A stretch of DNA of 64,000 bases from Epiperipatus broadwayi (GCA_028023455.1 JAQFVV010000009.1:6386001-6450000); one strand, 5' to 3'. Counted from the first letter of the stretch, positions 25,480 to 40,660 are shown. Translations and numbers: made by a program. The notes: a model not told the origin generated them from the letters alone.

Positions 25480-28400
25480 ATAAAGCCACAAACATTTGGG
25501 GATTATAGGTACACTATCATGGAGTTTTTGGTGTGAAGAGAGAATGTATCTTTAGAAGTCTCGCAGAAAGCATATTCCAGAGGGGAAGGAAGAACTTATA
25601 TGCAGTTTTTCTGTAATCAAGCTGCAATATGAAGTTGACAGCACTGTCTTTGCCAGAAAGCCAGATAATTACAATAATAAGCAATATGCCAGCAGCAGTA
25701 CAAGCTATGTTGGTTAATAATAAAATGCTTATGGAAGAAATAACATTGAGAGATTGATTATAGTATGGATAGATAGAAGATGGAAAGCACACATGATGGA
25801 TATGAGGGAGTTAACCAGACTTGTCCCATCATAAGTATAAAAATTGGACCCATCACAGCAAGGCTCTAATTGATTCTGGGAGTCAGATTTCCCTGCTTTC
25901 ATCATTTTTATTCGCAGTTAAAACAATTTTCCTGTATACACTTCCTTTAAAAAGAATGCAAGTTACATTGGCTAATGAAAAAAAGGTAAATATAGAGACG
26001 AAGCCGGTTTGGATCCAGCTGCCTAGGGCACATGGAAGTAGACCAGGTCTTTTTGATAATGCCCTGGTTGATACAAGATGTAGTGGGAGATTTTCTTCAG
26101 CATAAATGTGTGCTTGATTATGGTCAAAGCTTATTTTGGTGTACTGAAAGCATAATACCCCTAGAGGGATTGAAAAATTATCAGTTGTTGCAAATACACA
26201 ATCAGTCTTAGATACCGCTGAAATGAAGAAGGTGGACGTCTTCACTGAAGGGGATGGAATAACATCTTTTAACCTAGATATTAAGTGTTATAGTTTTTTC
26301 TAATAGACCTGGCTATTGAAGGGTATGTTCATCGAATTAAAGTAAAGGAGGAAAACCATTTTCAAAGTCGTTCCTATCTCATTCTGTTTCAATATAAAGC
26401 CGAGGTGGATAATCAGATACAACAGATGATTGAATGGAGTGTTATTGGTGAGCAAGCATAATCATATATTAACCCTTTGATGATAGTAAAGGAAATGGGG
26501 TAGTTAGAATGTTTGGATGCTCGCTGTTTAAATGCTTTCATGATTCCAGAGATCCTCCTATAATAATAAAAATTCTGGCTAGATTGCAAGGGAAAACTAT
26601 CTTTAGTATGTTGGACCTGACTTCTAGTTATTGGCAGATACCTCTTCATCCATTTGATCACCAATATACGGGCTTTCAGTATGAAGGGTAGATGTATGTC
26701 TTTAACTGGATGCTGTTTGGGTTGATCAGGATTGTTTAGGTATTTGGATCGGATATTGTTGAAGGTTAAAAATATTGTAAGTTTATGGATGATGTGGTTA
26801 TTGCATCGAGAAATATTGAAGAATACTTGGAGCATTTGGAGATATTTTTGAGAGTGCCATAAACAAAAATGTCATGATCAATCTGCAGAAAAGTTACTTG
26901 GCCATGGATGAAGTGGCATTTTTAGGCTTCTTAATCAGGAAGGATGGTATTAAACCTCATCCAGATAAAGTCGCTGCAATTGAGCATTTCTCTATACCTG
27001 CTAACAGACATCAGGTGAGTTCATTTTTGGGACTCTGCAGCTTTTACCAGTTTCTATGAAAATTTTGCTGTAGAATTGTCATCTTTAGTCCAGTTATTAA
27101 GAAAGGATCAGAAATAGATTTGGGATTCACAACAGGAGCAGGAGTTTCATCTCATCAAGTTTCTGAAACAAGTAATTCTGACTTAATTGTCATCTTTAGT
27201 CCAGTTATTAAGAAAGGATCAGAAATGGATTTGGGATTCACAACAGGAGCAGGAGTTTCATCTCATCAAGTTTCTGAAACAAGTAATTCTGACTTACCCT
27301 GATTTTTCTCAAACTTTTCATGTACAAACTGATAGTAGTCGACATGAGTTGGAAGTAGTCTTATTCCAGATTGATGAGCAGAAACACTACAAGGTGTTAT
27401 ATTTTTGTAACTGTACTCTAAAAGGGGATGAAAATAATTAAACGACTACCAAAAAGGAGGCTCTGGTTATTGTACGGGCCTTCGGGAAGTTCAAACAATT
27501 TTTTCTGGACTCCAACATCGTTGTCATTACTGACCATAAGTGTTTGGAATTTCTAAACAATAGCTACCTGACAAACGATCGGCTGATTCGGTAGAGCTTG
27601 ATCTTACAGAAGTTTCAATATAGAGTGGTCTATTGCCCTGGACAGGATAACATTGTGGTCAATGTCTTAAGTTGGCACCTTTAGCATCACCTGCATTCTG
27701 ATAATTTAAGTTTTGCTGTGCTTACATTGGTTGTAGATTCTGTGGAGCAGGATTTACAGAAACTACCAGAAATACAGGTAAATGATCCAGATTAAGCTCT
27801 GATGGTAGCATACAAGACAGGACCACTGAATCCCTCACTAATAGACCTATGCAAGTTAGAACAAGGAGCCTATTGTATTGACGATGGTATCCTTCAATAC
27901 AAGGTTACCATGGAAGGTTCCTGGAGAACCCTTGTACCTAAAAAGCTTAGGAATCGTTTGATTGAATATGTGCATTCTCTTTATGGACATTTTGGACCAC
28001 CTCAGGTTGAGTATGTGCTCTAAGAATTATTTTATTGGCCAGGGATGTACTCTATTTTATTGGTTCTCAGAACCTGCTACACCTGTTTCCAAACAAAACC
28101 CGTAAATAAATTTTACTGGAGTCTTGCAACCAATTTTGGCTCATGATCCTAATGAATTACTAGCTATTGATTTTTACAGTCCATTGCCTGCGTATTGGCG
28201 CTGATTCTTAGTTGTCATGTTAATGTCTTTTCAAAATATGCAACAGCTTATCTATTAAGAAAGGCTGATGCTTTAAAAGCCTCAATGTATACTCTCACCA
28301 TGGAACACCCCTTAAATCCCATCAGTGGAAGCATTGGCTTCAGCCACAGGGTATCAAACATTTATTAATGTCCATATGTAACCCTCAATCTAACCCCTGT

Positions 28401-28870
28401 GAGCAGGTTATGAGAGCCTAACCATTTCTGTTTTGGCTGTACGTCAACCAGAACCACAGAGAATGGGTGAAACAGACTGAGAAAGTTAACTACATTAATT
28501 GGACATTAAATGAGTCCAGAGAGTTTACACCCATTAGGTTGCATTTTGGAATTATCCAATATTTATGAAAGCTCCATTACATATCAATCATGGTAATATT
28601 AATAAAAGAACAGGGAAAGGGCTAGGATAAAATTAAAGCACATGGATGAATTGCGTGTAAGACGAGCAAACCGGCATCCTTGACAATTTGATACTAGTGA
28701 CTGGATTTTTGTTAGAAAACCTTGTGAGTACCAACACAGCATCAATACAAAAAAATTTTCCCCAATATATGATGGACCTTTCACTATAAAAAATATGGCC
28801 AGAATGCCTTTATTCTGGAAGACAGGTCTGCAGTTGAGGGGTCCTATAATGCCTGTAGTCTTAGACCTGC
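25480..28870 (+). pseudogene. Disrupted gag (C-terminal part) and pol of element 1
   Basis: Protease ALIDSGSQISLL. RT LDLTSSYWQIPL and FMDDVVIAS. RNase H FHVQTDSS and VITDHKCL. Integrase HSLYGHFG, NELLAIDFY and KKFSPIYDGPF. Numerous stops and frameshifts. Confidence 0.9.
27074..27296 (+). repeat. 111 bp in-frame tandem duplication within pol of element 1
   Basis: aattgtcatctttagtccagttattaagaaaggatcagaaat.gatttgggattcac...gactta at 27074 and 27185. Copy 1 has TAG where copy 2 has TGG. Confidence 0.92.
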
Positions 28871-29052
28871 TGAACAAAGGATCAATAAGACATAGGACAA
28901 GTGTTGAGCTTTTGGTAAACGAACAAAAAAATTTGTTACCGAATAATGAGAATGGAGGAAGGTATTTTAGTAAAATATTTTTTTGAAAATGTTTAAAGTG
29001 TTAAAAAAAATCACAGGAATGCTTTTTTTTCTTCGTTGCGCTATGGGGAAAT

Positions 29053-31005
29053 TGAACCGGATGCTTTATAACCGATTCAATGGTTTAATTGCCAAAAATA
29101 AAACCAACTTATTTCAATGAAATTCTAAAGTTTAAAAAGACTATTTGAGAGTATATGTAATAATGCACATACTCAGTTGTTTTAAAATGGCATTTTACTT
29201 TCAATAAATTTTTAATTTTAATAGTTTTCTTTTATCGCTGGTTTTTTTTTTTTTGTAATTTAAGAAATTAAAGATACGCAAACTTAATCTTTAAAAGAGA
29301 ATCGCTTGTTTTTTTTTTTTGTAATTTAAGAAAGTAATTTAAAGACGAGCAAATTTTTAATCTTTAAAAGAAATATTTTTTTAAAAAAAATTAATCCTTT
29401 CTGAACAAAACATTTTAGTTTGGGAAAGTTTTTTTTAAAATTGCATTCTTGATTTGATTGTAATCAATTTCCAATTTAGTTCAATTAAGCTGAGATTTGT
29501 TACATGGTAAATAAGATTAACCTGGTTGGAATTTTTAAATTGAAATTGGGATCAAGATAAAAATTTGCCCCGTCTAAAATTAAATAATTAAAGATGACAT
29601 GGGAGATGAGTCTTATAAATAACCTGGCTTAGGAACTAAATCTATTCTACTGATTAGTCTTCAGCTATTGATCTGTGTTCAGTTAGTTCAACTTTTAGTA
29701 CGTCAGTCAATATAACCATTTAATAAATGGAATCATCTCTTCAGAATGCGTAAACGAACTCTATGAAGAATATTACCTATACGATGCTGTGCTAAACCCA
29801 CTCAAGATGAATCCCAGAGCTAAATTGTCCCTGCTAAACATGCCTTAAAATGTATACAAGAACTGATCCAGTAATGCCTCCTGAACAAAATGAAAACCAA
29901 GTCTTTGTTAGAGTTCCCCATGGAATGAACTATATAAGCAGTGCCGAAAGACCTATGCAGTGTTAAATTTATACCTCAAAATAATGTTTCCATTTTCTAA
30001 TCGGTTTAAATATGTCTAGTCTCAGCTTAATCTTTAGTGTTACCTATCTTATATTTAATTGCTTATCGTATTTTGTAGTATGTCTTTGGAATCTTAGTTT
30101 TGATTCCAAGTTTATTTTCCATTTTAGTTATCAGATGGTGTATTGCGAGATTATATTTTATATTAATGTCTCCCTTTATTACTAACTCTTGCTAAATGCT
30201 CTGGCAGTTTTTCGAAATTTCAGTTTGCTCACCTTTCCCTATTTTATCGTCCAATAATTAATTTTAAGTAGGTTTAGTTTGCGTCTCTTACAAACCGCAA
30301 ATCTTTTGGCTGGCAGTTTATCATGTTTGCTACTAGTTTTTATGTAGTTGGAGATTTTCATTTCTAGATTACGTAAGATTGTAATCATATTTTTTTTTTT
30401 GGTCTTTTATGTGAAATCAACCATGAATTGTCTTAAATGTGGTACGTCATGAGCTGTCCTACTGGCAATATGACGTTCTTGGATTCAACGCATTATTCCA
30501 GGCCAAGAAATGCTCGCCGGCGCTGTTTCATTGATTTCCTACAAGACCGCATTGTTTTTCATATCTCTGAATAAGGAAACTACAATTAGTTTTTATACAT
30601 CATCAGCAGGGAGATACTATTAATTCCCTTTTAAATTGTAGGCGAGAAAATGATTCTTTTGGTCTGGGCATTTAATGTTTTAATATTTGCTGAACTCGTG
30701 CACTCTCTGATAATTACACTTATAAAAATCTAGGTCAAACTTTTGTATTCTGTTTGCTAGATTTTCTTAGTTAATTTTTTGAATTTAATAAAAATTTCAA
30801 ATTAGTTTAAATTTTGCTGATGTTTGTCTTAGTGCTTTTATTTCTCAATTGTCTGAACAATATTCTCGAGCTCTTACTGTCTCCAAGTCTAGTCGGTGCA
30901 AACCATCATCACCATCCACTTTTGATCATGGTAAACAAATTTTCCAGATACACAGTGATCTGGTTGTGCCCTCCATGATCAAAGGTAGATCGAGTGCCCG
31001 TTACA
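29053..31005 (+). repeat. 3' LTR of element 1 (1953 bp)
   Basis: Starts TGAACCGG after a weak purine run (atggggaaat) and ends CCCGTTACA. Confidence 0.9.
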
Positions 31006-31510
31006 ATGTATATAGACATTTACAGTTCACCAATTTCCTTTCCCTTAACATTAGGCTGGCCTCTATTTGTGGGTGGCTATTAATAATAATGAATAAACAT
31101 TAAAGTAAATAAATTAGAATTCAGAAATTTTCTAATATGAAAAGCAAGCTGTTTGATTAAACATGGAGGAAAAAATTTAAGAATATACTGAACTAAATAA
31201 ATCAAAGCTTTTTCCTGGATGGATAAATATGAATAATACTAAGGATAGTAATATTAATTTGTCTGCCTTGGGATTTTGGGTTTGTGTGTGGAGGAAGAGG
31301 GGTACTTTTTCTATAATCTTATCAATATGGTTATATAAATGCATAATAATGTCATACTTTCATTTATTGTATAACATTGTAACAGAAATTCAATTGCAGC
31401 TCGAAATAGTTAATTACAAAGCTGCATGGTTAAAAAAGTTTAAAATACCCCAGACAGATTAATAAATGTATATATTGCCATGTGTATGAGCACTCATACT
31501 CAATATATAT

Positions 31511-34500
31511 TGTAACGGCCAGTTTCGTATGCCTCAACACACCGAATTCAAGCCCCAGACATGAAACTCAACACTCTAGAAGGAGTTGCCTCCCAGAAAT
31601 CTCAAGTTCGAAGCCAGGGTCTATACTCCATGGCGCCACCTATGTGACAATGCATCTGATGCTACTGATAGCATAGTTTCTTGCCGGTGCTGGTGGTCAG
31701 GGAGAAGCAAGAGACTATATTAAAATACATCATTAAGTTTGCTATCTAATGTCTATAGATGGTCAAAATATATATATATAAATGATATAGACCGAGGTAA
31801 TGGAGTCAGACCATCTCATTTAATTATAAAGAAAATAAATTTAAATGAAGTGCCATTTACATTTACAATAATGGCTTGTTAATATCAGATGTTCTCTATA
31901 CCCCTGGTTAATGCAATATATTATAATAATGTGCTCAAGCAAAAGTATAGTTGGATAAAGAAAGGCTGATTTCAAGACATGAGGCCTATAGCAAATATAG
32001 TAAGTGTTTGCTAAACTAGATTTCTATATTTAATATTTGAAAAGAGAATTTATATTGACTTCAAGAATAGTGCGGATGACAGCTCGCTGAGCTTAAGGAA
32101 GTGATTAAGACACGGGCAATTTAAAGAAATGCTAACATTTAATATTAAAGGAGATTGGTGGTACCAGTGAAAGTTTAATGTACAGGATGGAGTGCAGTAC
32201 ATTGAAACTGTGCGCTTTGTAAAATAAAATAAAATACTAAATAAAGCAGACAGGATCGCATCTTGCCATGGATCCATGGAAGGTTTCGTTACAAATCAGC
32301 CTGAGCATCCTATCATGAAACTTCATGGCCGAGTGACTCGTGCGTAAAATTCCTAAGTATGGCTTTCTAGCACATACTCTATATGGGAACCACAAGGAGA
32401 GATAATGGCCTCAGCCATAAGTCTTTGAGAAAATCAAAGCAGGCCTCAAAAACACCCAATACACCTACACTGGCAACACACAAATAACGTACATAAAATT
32501 ATATAAGCGGGCTGATTTTAGTTGAGCAAAGGCACTTAACCAATTCCTAATAATTTTAAGGTCTGCACATTCTCTACCTCAAATTTGACAATTCTCAAAA
32601 TAAACTACAATTACAAGAAAATAAGTTATTTTAAATAAAAGGGTGGGGAGTGCATGATTAAACAAAGATTCACGAGATTATACGCAAGCATGAATTTCTA
32701 TATTGTATTCACTTATTAATTTCGCACATATCCTCGCATTATATTTAAAAAAGAAATATACCTTTCTTAAAAAAAAATTACTTAAACGATTATAGTTATA
32801 AACTGTCCTGAAAGCTCTTGGTGGTAACTTTTGGATAATATTACTTATGTTTAACAGCTTCATTATCTGTGCGCAAAGCATATATATATATATTGTTTTT
32901 AAACGATTATAGAACATGAAATAAAGTAGCCTTTGAATGAGCGATTTTATAAGATATTTAATAGAGGGTCATTTTATAATTACTCCACAATAATATGGCG
33001 ACATACTAATTCAAAAGGGGGAAAAGAAGTTATTCGCTCGTTCAATGACTATCTAGGCACATTATCATAATGAAAGACAAATTAGCAAAATTTAAAATAT
33101 TAACCCAAGGATAGAGAAAAAGGCACACAAATTAGATTAGAAAGACATTTAGGTATTGAATGATTACGGAAAAATTATTTAAAATAGCTATAGCTCAGAG
33201 GGAATATATGTCACAAGAGCTCTTGGGTTAATTGGGTTACCTCATATATGATGGACAGTCTGTGCACATTTTGCTTTCTTTGGCTGATTTGAATTGGAGA
33301 CTTTAGTGGAAGTTAAATGGCAGCACTTATTTTGATGTAGCAGCTTCTTTGGTCCAGGATCAAATTAGATTGGATTTTCAGTAGCAGCAGTTTACCGTAG
33401 GTACAGGGCATGTAATGGTATGATGTACCACAGGATGATCATTCTGAGAAGGAAAAGCTGTCCTGCCAGCTTCTACTCAGACATTCTACTTTACTTGGCA
33501 AAGGCTAGTAAGAATAGTTCTCTAATGGTATAGAGTTGGCTTTAGCTTGTAATAAATTTGAAATATATCATCGAACTTCAGTTTTAATAAAATTAACTTC
33601 TTAAAATATGACCACTCTGTAAAATCAGTAAACTATATCTCAACAATATGGCCACTAAGAAAAAATTCAACTAATCAAGCAGCATAACATCAAAAACAAT
33701 ATACCAATTAATAAATTCAGCTCTATATATACCAAGGGAGATCACAATAGAACTACCCTGCAGTGATCAATAGAACCAAAAATAGATTTGCTATAAACTA
33801 AATGCCGTTATTATCTTATCCAAATATCTAAAAACAGGTTTTATAATTAATTTTACTATTGTTGCTTGCTTCTAAGATATTTGGATTAGAACTTTAATTT
33901 TGTTTTAAAACTAATTTTAATTAAAAAATACCAAAGTGGACATCTGTTGTTTATCTCGATGGTCAAATATATTCAAGCCATTCATGAATTTTAGAAAATA
34001 TTAATTAAGCCTATTGTTGTCTTCCCAACCCTCATTTACTTTCTACATAAAATTTGTGGTGTGATTTTAAAATTCTAAAATAAAATTATTTACTTTTTAA
34101 ATTCTAAATGTTTAAATCCATTCAAAAGATGAATATTATTTGATATTTAATGAAAACAAATATTATGAGTGTAATATTTCTAAATTATTTTTAAGTTTTA
34201 AAATATATTATTGCAGTATGTGCATAAATACGACATATAACCTACTTTTTAAAATGAATATGTATACATGTACAAACTCACAATTTATAAATTATTAATG
34301 CAGGAGTTATTAAATTATATCACACGAGCATTTATACTCTTGGTCTAAATTAGGCGTGATTTAGTCATATAATTGCAGTACTGACACACTATGATACGTT
34401 GGGGTTTAAAATAGGGTATGAGGGTAGGAAAGAAATGAGAAAAGGTGAAATGAACATTTGTAAAGCAAATCTTACTGTTTCAATACGCATAACTAAATTA

Positions 34501-35456
34501 TACCATTTTAAAAAACTAAAGGAAAATAAATCTAAAGTTAATCACATTATTAAAGGCTTAATAAAAGAAAATTAGTCTATAGATTACTAATTAAATATTT
34601 TATAAACTTAATGTATTTTGTAAAATTAGGTTTAATAAGGCGATAACTTGCATTATGTAAGGGAAGAAAGAAAAATTAGATAATTTAAGTTTTAGTGAAT
34701 GCAAATGAAATAATTTGCCATTTCTTATACTAAATTGAATGGTAAATCTAAATATATTAAAATTATAAGGCACTAAAATTAAGAAAGATAACAATTTTTA
34801 AAAGTTGGTCATGATTTTTTTTCTTCGTATCATTACTATAAATAAATAAGAAAAAACTTTTATTATTATTTATAAAATAATTTAAGGAATGCAGAAAATA
34901 TCAAAAAATGTGAAAAAAATATATAAATCAAGTCATTAAATCTAGATAAAGATGTTTTTTGATAAACATCTTCATATAAACACAGTCTTGATTACATGTC
35001 AGGCATTTTAAAAAAGACGCTAGACGTAAATGGTTTGAAAAGGTAAACAATAGTAGTAGTCTAAGTATTGAATCAAGAAGAAAGCAACGCAATATTGCAT
35101 TAAGATTAAAACACTAGTTAAATTTCCCACAGAATGGTTTGGATAGCCCGCACCTTGCTGTTTTAAAGTATTTTTCAATATTCCATCTACCACAGCAAGA
35201 ATGATGACATTAACTAGTGGAAGATTATTTACCACGAGTGGTTAAAAAATTTAACCATGCTGGTCAAGATCTGGAACTATGCAATTGCATCCATACAAAT
35301 GCTGAAGTTTGCTAAAATATAATATTGCCTGCATTAAAGAAGAAAACCAAACATAAGGAAAGAAGTGGATTCTGTTGTAAGACTTGCCATATATTTCTAG
35401 TGGAACTCATCTGCAGTCTTTATTATCATCAAGGTCCTAAGAGGATATTATTTACA
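31511..35456 (+). mobile_element. Probable solo LTR (~3.9 kb); right boundary uncertain
   Basis: atatatat|TGTAACGG start similar to 18019. The end ctgcagtct...atcaa...ttatttACA resembles the end at 21318. No matching TSD on the right. Confidence 0.45.
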
Positions 35457-37531
35457 AACAGGACAGAATTGACAGACTTGATAAAGATGCGTGCATAATT
35501 AGTAAATATAAAATTATTTTTTCTTTTCAATATTTTATATTGTATTTATTATATTTATCTAGTAGCATTTGCAAAATTATAAACAATGATTTCATGTATT
35601 ATAATAAATTGTTAGCTTATTTTTTATTATTAATAATTTAGTTTGTTTTTTCTATTAGAACTCAATCTAAACATATACAATTAATATCCACTAATACTGA
35701 GAAATCATATAATCCACTGGTAAACATACAGGGATAATGATAGTAATTTAAAATGAAGCTGATTAGCGGTATTAAGATTTACAGAAGTAAATTTTTAATT
35801 TAGAAAATTTGGCATTTTAAAATTTATTTTAAATTGAATCTAGAAAAAGAAATTAAAATACATTTGGAACAATTATATTTAGTTTAACTTTCAGTGCTAA
35901 GTTATAAGTCTATTTGATCATCATCATCATCATATATGTGATTTTGCTAATCATTTGTAATTATTAATATTTACATCTTAAAATATATTTATCCACATTT
36001 CTATTCGTTATAATATATAACAAAAAAAAAATTGTTAAATTCAAAACTCAAAATCTAGATATCACTGTATATAATGCATTGTTGTTAATATTTATATTTA
36101 GACAGAAGAGAGTTAGTAAATAAAAAAACTATGACAAGCAGAAAAAACTCAAGAGAAAGCACTTAGTACTTCAATATCATCTGGTGTTTCAAATAAATAA
36201 ATCTTTTGGTAGAGGCACCAAGTCTTTTTCTCAATTTACTCATTTCTCTATCCTGACCAAATTGATTTATTTTGTTAAACTACATCTTAACTAAAAAAAA
36301 AAAAAAATAGATTTTTTTTTCTCTTATAAAAACAAAACACCTGCCAAATTTAACAAAAATATTACAAATTAGTATTTCTAATATTTTTTATTAGCTCATA
36401 ACATAATATCACTATACACCTACTTAAATAAATGATCTATTTTTAAAATGCATTTTTCATTAAACCCGCATTCTGTTGGTCTAGCTCACAATCTTTTTCA
36501 TGTTTTCATTATTTTTCTTTAGTATTTGTCAATATTATGACTAAAAATAACAGAATCTTTAGCCTAGTAAATGTTTAGCAGGTACCATTAATATATTTGT
36601 CTAAAGAGAATGTTGTCAAACTTATAAATGCAGAAAATTTGGATTTGTAAATCACATTGTAGTATATATACATACTATAGAGTTAAGAATTATTTGTAAA
36701 TAATTATAAATTGTACATATAATATCAAGTTATAATTACTTCTTTATCATCCAACACATGCATAAAATTTATCGAGATAAATCATGGGCTCAGAAATCAT
36801 GATAGTATAATACTTATCCCACTAATGATAATCATAGACTCAATAACCAGTGATGAAAGCTATATCTTATAACAATTGTATTTTTATTCTCTAGTTCAAT
36901 GCATCCTTTGATATTCGTGACCAATTCAAATTAGTCTGGAATCTATTTTTCAGTTAATAATATTTACTTATTGGTCAATATTGAATGGAATGGCTAAAAT
37001 TATACTATACATCCTTAATAACAAACATTTAGCATATAAATACCAATTTTCTTTTTTTTTTTTATTTGGTCTTTTAAACTAAAGCCTCTCCATTTTTATA
37101 ATTCACAACACATTCAAAAAATATTTAATTTGCTTTTGAAAAAGATCATAGTTATTCTATATAAAGCATTTTATAAGTCTAATTTAAATGTCAATTGTCG
37201 TATTTTTGGAGATCAAAACATTTTTTAAAATTTTAAATAGATTTTGCAAACTGCACCTCCCATTTATTTTTCTTAGTTTCCATCTTCTGTAATAAGAATT
37301 CAAATATTAATATTAATGGATCTATCTATGGTTTTTCTTTTAATTTTAAAATATCTTAAATTTGTAAATGATTATGAATACAACACTAAAAGAAAATGAT
37401 GTAAATAACATTATATATGTAAAATTGTGTTGAAATGCATAAAAATAAATTATAATTATTTAGTTAACATTTTATTTAAATCATTTTAAAATTAATTAAA
37501 ACAAAGAAATATAGTACATTAAAAAAAAACA

Positions 37532-37729
37532 TTATTTAATATTCCGTGTAATGCGTCTTGCATGTTGTGATTTCACTTCCTGAAGAGCAGCATCTAACTC
37601 TTGAGTTAAATGAATAAGATTAACAGGATCTGTTTGTAAAATTTTGATTTCTTTTTGTCCATTATTATTTAAATGAAGTTTTAAGATAATTAATGGATCT
37701 GTACTTTGAAAAAGACATCTACTGGCTAA
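37532..37729 (-). CDS. COMMD2: COMM domain-containing protein 2, last coding exon (198 nt, includes TAA)
   Basis: tttctag|LASRCLFQSTDPLIILKLHLNNNGQKEIKILQTDPVNLIHLTQELDAALQEVKSQHARRITRNIK*, recognisably the COMMD2 C-terminus (LASRSL...LQTDP..L.HL...LE.AL.E.K...RR..RNIK). Confidence 0.95.
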   Translation of the reverse strand, partial: LASRCLFQSTDPLIILKLHLNNNGQKEIKILQTDPVNLIHLTQELDAALQEVKSQHARRITRNIK

Positions 37730-37857
37730 CTAGAAATATAAAGAAATTAAAATTGAATTATTAAATATATAAATATCTCATGTATTTTTTTCAATTGATT
37801 AGATTTATTGAATAATTATATAAAAAAAATACTATAAGAAAAATAATCTTCACTTAC

Positions 37858-38031
37858 TTTGATATCAAATCGCCATTCTAAATTATGATAATGAAGGGAA
37901 TAAGGTGTTAAATGATTCAAAAGGTTTCGAATTTCTTTTTTATTATCTAAATAATACTGAATTATTTCTTTCAGGATTGGTTCTGGAAGCATTAAGGTCA
38001 CAAGAGAATCTTGAAGGTCAAGTTCATTGAT
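37858..38031 (-). CDS. COMMD2: COMMD2 internal exon (174 nt, phase 0/0)
   Basis: ttttag|INELDLQDSLVTLMLPEPILKEIIQYYLDNKKEIRNLLNHLTPYSLHYHNLEWRFDIK|gtaagt; carries the YHNLEWR.D COMM motif. Confidence 0.95.
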
Positions 38032-39559
38032 CTAAAAAAATAATATTTATTAAATGTATTTATATTGTATTTTCTGTTTGACAAGCAATATAAAAATAGT
38101 GGTTGTTACATAATAATAAAATAGGTAATCCCTACTTTTTCACTGATTCTTTGAGTCTAAAATTAGATTCAAAAGAGAATAATTTATTTCATAACCCAGT
38201 GGCATTCATTCTACAGATCATAGATTCCTATTGAACAATTATAACATCATTTTTAATCAATCTTCTATTAAAAGCTGAACAATCTTTCTTTTCTAATATC
38301 ATAATAAATTTCTGTAGAAAACAGATTGCTGAATCTGTTGATTTCAAAAAAGGAGCAAAAGTTGAACATTTCTGATATATTAATGACTAAAATGTCATTA
38401 AAAGTATATTTAATCTATTTCTTGAGAGAATGTATATATAATTTATATAAGTTCAATTTGATTACAGATGACTAGAGATAATTCATAAAATCTAAAATCA
38501 CAAAAATACATTACTCAGATTGCTGATTAGGATTTTCACATATAGGAACATAAATTCTCTCTATATATAAATTATACACATTTCAATACAAATTAGTTTT
38601 ATTTCATAATTTGCTTTCTTTAATGAAGAGTTCATTTATCATGATGAAGTCTGATTTCTAAGTGGAGACAATCTTGATCACGAGGATCTGTATCCATTAT
38701 TAAGCTGTCTAATAGAAAAAAAAATCCATATGCCAAATAAATGTATATTTTACCTAAAAATAGATTGAGAACTATAAACATTTGATCATTGGGAAAGGTA
38801 GTTTGCTATTATTTGCTACTTATCTCATTTAAATTTACATCATAAATTCTAATCGAGTCTATTACATTCTTAAGATACATCAAACTAAGTATATTAAAAT
38901 ATATAAGTTGCAAGATTACTGAAACAAATATATGAAGCATAATTTAAATAGCCCTCAGTTAAATTAAATTTTGGAAAAGATATTTAAATAAGAAAAAAAA
39001 TATCTAAAAAAATCAATACAACATTGACAAAAGTGATTGCTTTATTCTTCTCTGCTCTATGTGATTAGAGAGGTGGATTCACAACTAAAGAAATGATTCT
39101 CGGATGACTAACATAAATACTTAAATTTCAACTAATCAATTGAATGGAATTATTGTGCTCAGCTTAATCCTAGAATATTCAGATATCATCATTGAGTAAT
39201 TAACCATGTGATTATGTATTTTATTCTCTTTTCTGAACATGTCTATGTGGTCACCCTTTTTTTAATTAAGGAAAATATATGTATAATTACAATATAAATC
39301 TTGTTGGTATACATTTGTTTAGATTTGTTACACTTACTATAACAATCATTAATAAATAATTTTTCCAAATTAGAAAATATACCCGTTTGATACATTAGTT
39401 ATTATTATGACAAATTAATTTCATGATCAGAGCAAGAAGCTCATCATTCAAACTTAGTCTATAATGCTCTTCATTTAGTGACTTAGCCAGTGATAATTGT
39501 GCAGTCCATATTTTGATTGGCAGTGATCTTTTGTCATTCTCCATCTAACTGGAACATTT

Positions 39560-40660
39560 ATTTTTTAACCTTGAATTAATTTTTAATTAGCATGCCTGAG
39601 GATAGGCTCTTCATCCAGTGGCCTAAGTTGCCCCATGTGTCCCTGAAGAGCTTTTCCGGTGTTAATAAGAGATCCCTGAACATAGTCTGAATAAATTTTT
39701 TACATATCTCCCATGGTTCTTTACTGCCTTGCTTAAAAACAAAATAATTCCTAGTTAACCACATGACATAAAGCAGGAACATTCCCATTCTAATCGCAGC
39801 AAAAACACCACTCGTTATAGCATCCTTGATTCTTAGAATTTTCATGTTAGCTGGCAGTACTCTGGTTATATTTTGTCTAGCAGGACTCAAAAATGGCCAA
39901 GCAGTAAAAATATGTCCAATAGCTTCATCCGCTACTTTACATAAGCTACATAGTGGTTCTATTTTAAGAAATTTCTATGATTTACTAAAAAATGATTCGT
40001 TGGCAAGGCTTTCAAATTAGATTTTATGATAAAGTCAATATGTTTGGCTTCCAAATAACAAAATTTTAATTTCCTGATTAGTAATCTGGTGGATAAATCA
40101 AGCTTAGTAGTTAATTCAGTAATGTTTGCATGCATGTATTTGTAAACTTGTCAGTAAGGGTTAGTATTGTCTATATCATCACATGATCACCATCTCTTAT
40201 ACTAGCACAATTGTTATTAAACAATGCAAAACTCTCCATACAGTAATGCCACCCTGTGCCAACCAGAGTAATCAATGGATGCATTGATTACTCTGGTTGG
40301 CACAGGGTGGCACTACTGTATGGAGAGAGTTTCGCCTTGTTTAGTATTGTCTATAATTGATGCCGTAACTTTGAAGAATTTTTTGGCATATGCTAGCAAC
40401 CCCATGGCCCATTTACTTTGTATGGGTGGCGGCGTGTCAGTAGGTTCAATCTCATCCTGTAATGAGTCCACTGGCAATCTTGCATTCATCGCCTTAAACA
40501 TTGAGAGGGATTTCTGAATGAAAAAGGTGTTAGATCATACAACCCGAGCCCATTCAGGTCTTTTGGTCTCTGCATCTTGACTAAACTGACGGTTACTGTT
40601 TTCCTCTTCCACAAGATGCACTGTGAGGTAATAACTAAGCCTTTTCATTAACAATTTTAG
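39560..40660 (-). mobile_element. 3' fragment of a decayed L1/Tx1-like LINE in a COMMD2 intron
   Basis: Zinc finger CSLCKVADEAIGHIFTAC, followed by a C-terminal region with W..RNYFVF and AATAAA near 39560. Confidence 0.7.

Larger units (their letters stand above)
21651..31005 (+). mobile_element. Decayed Ty3/Gypsy LTR retrotransposon, element 1 (Osvaldo/Ulysses-like by inference)
   Basis: Paired LTRs TGAACCGG...CGTTACA, flanks atat / atgt. Internal gag remnant then PR-RT-RH-IN in Gypsy order. Confidence 0.92.

Noticed and set aside
25480-28870. G-to-A hypermutation as the cause of the stops in element 1
   Set aside because: Some stops are TGG to TAG but others derive from CAG or AAA-type codons; consistent with neutral decay.
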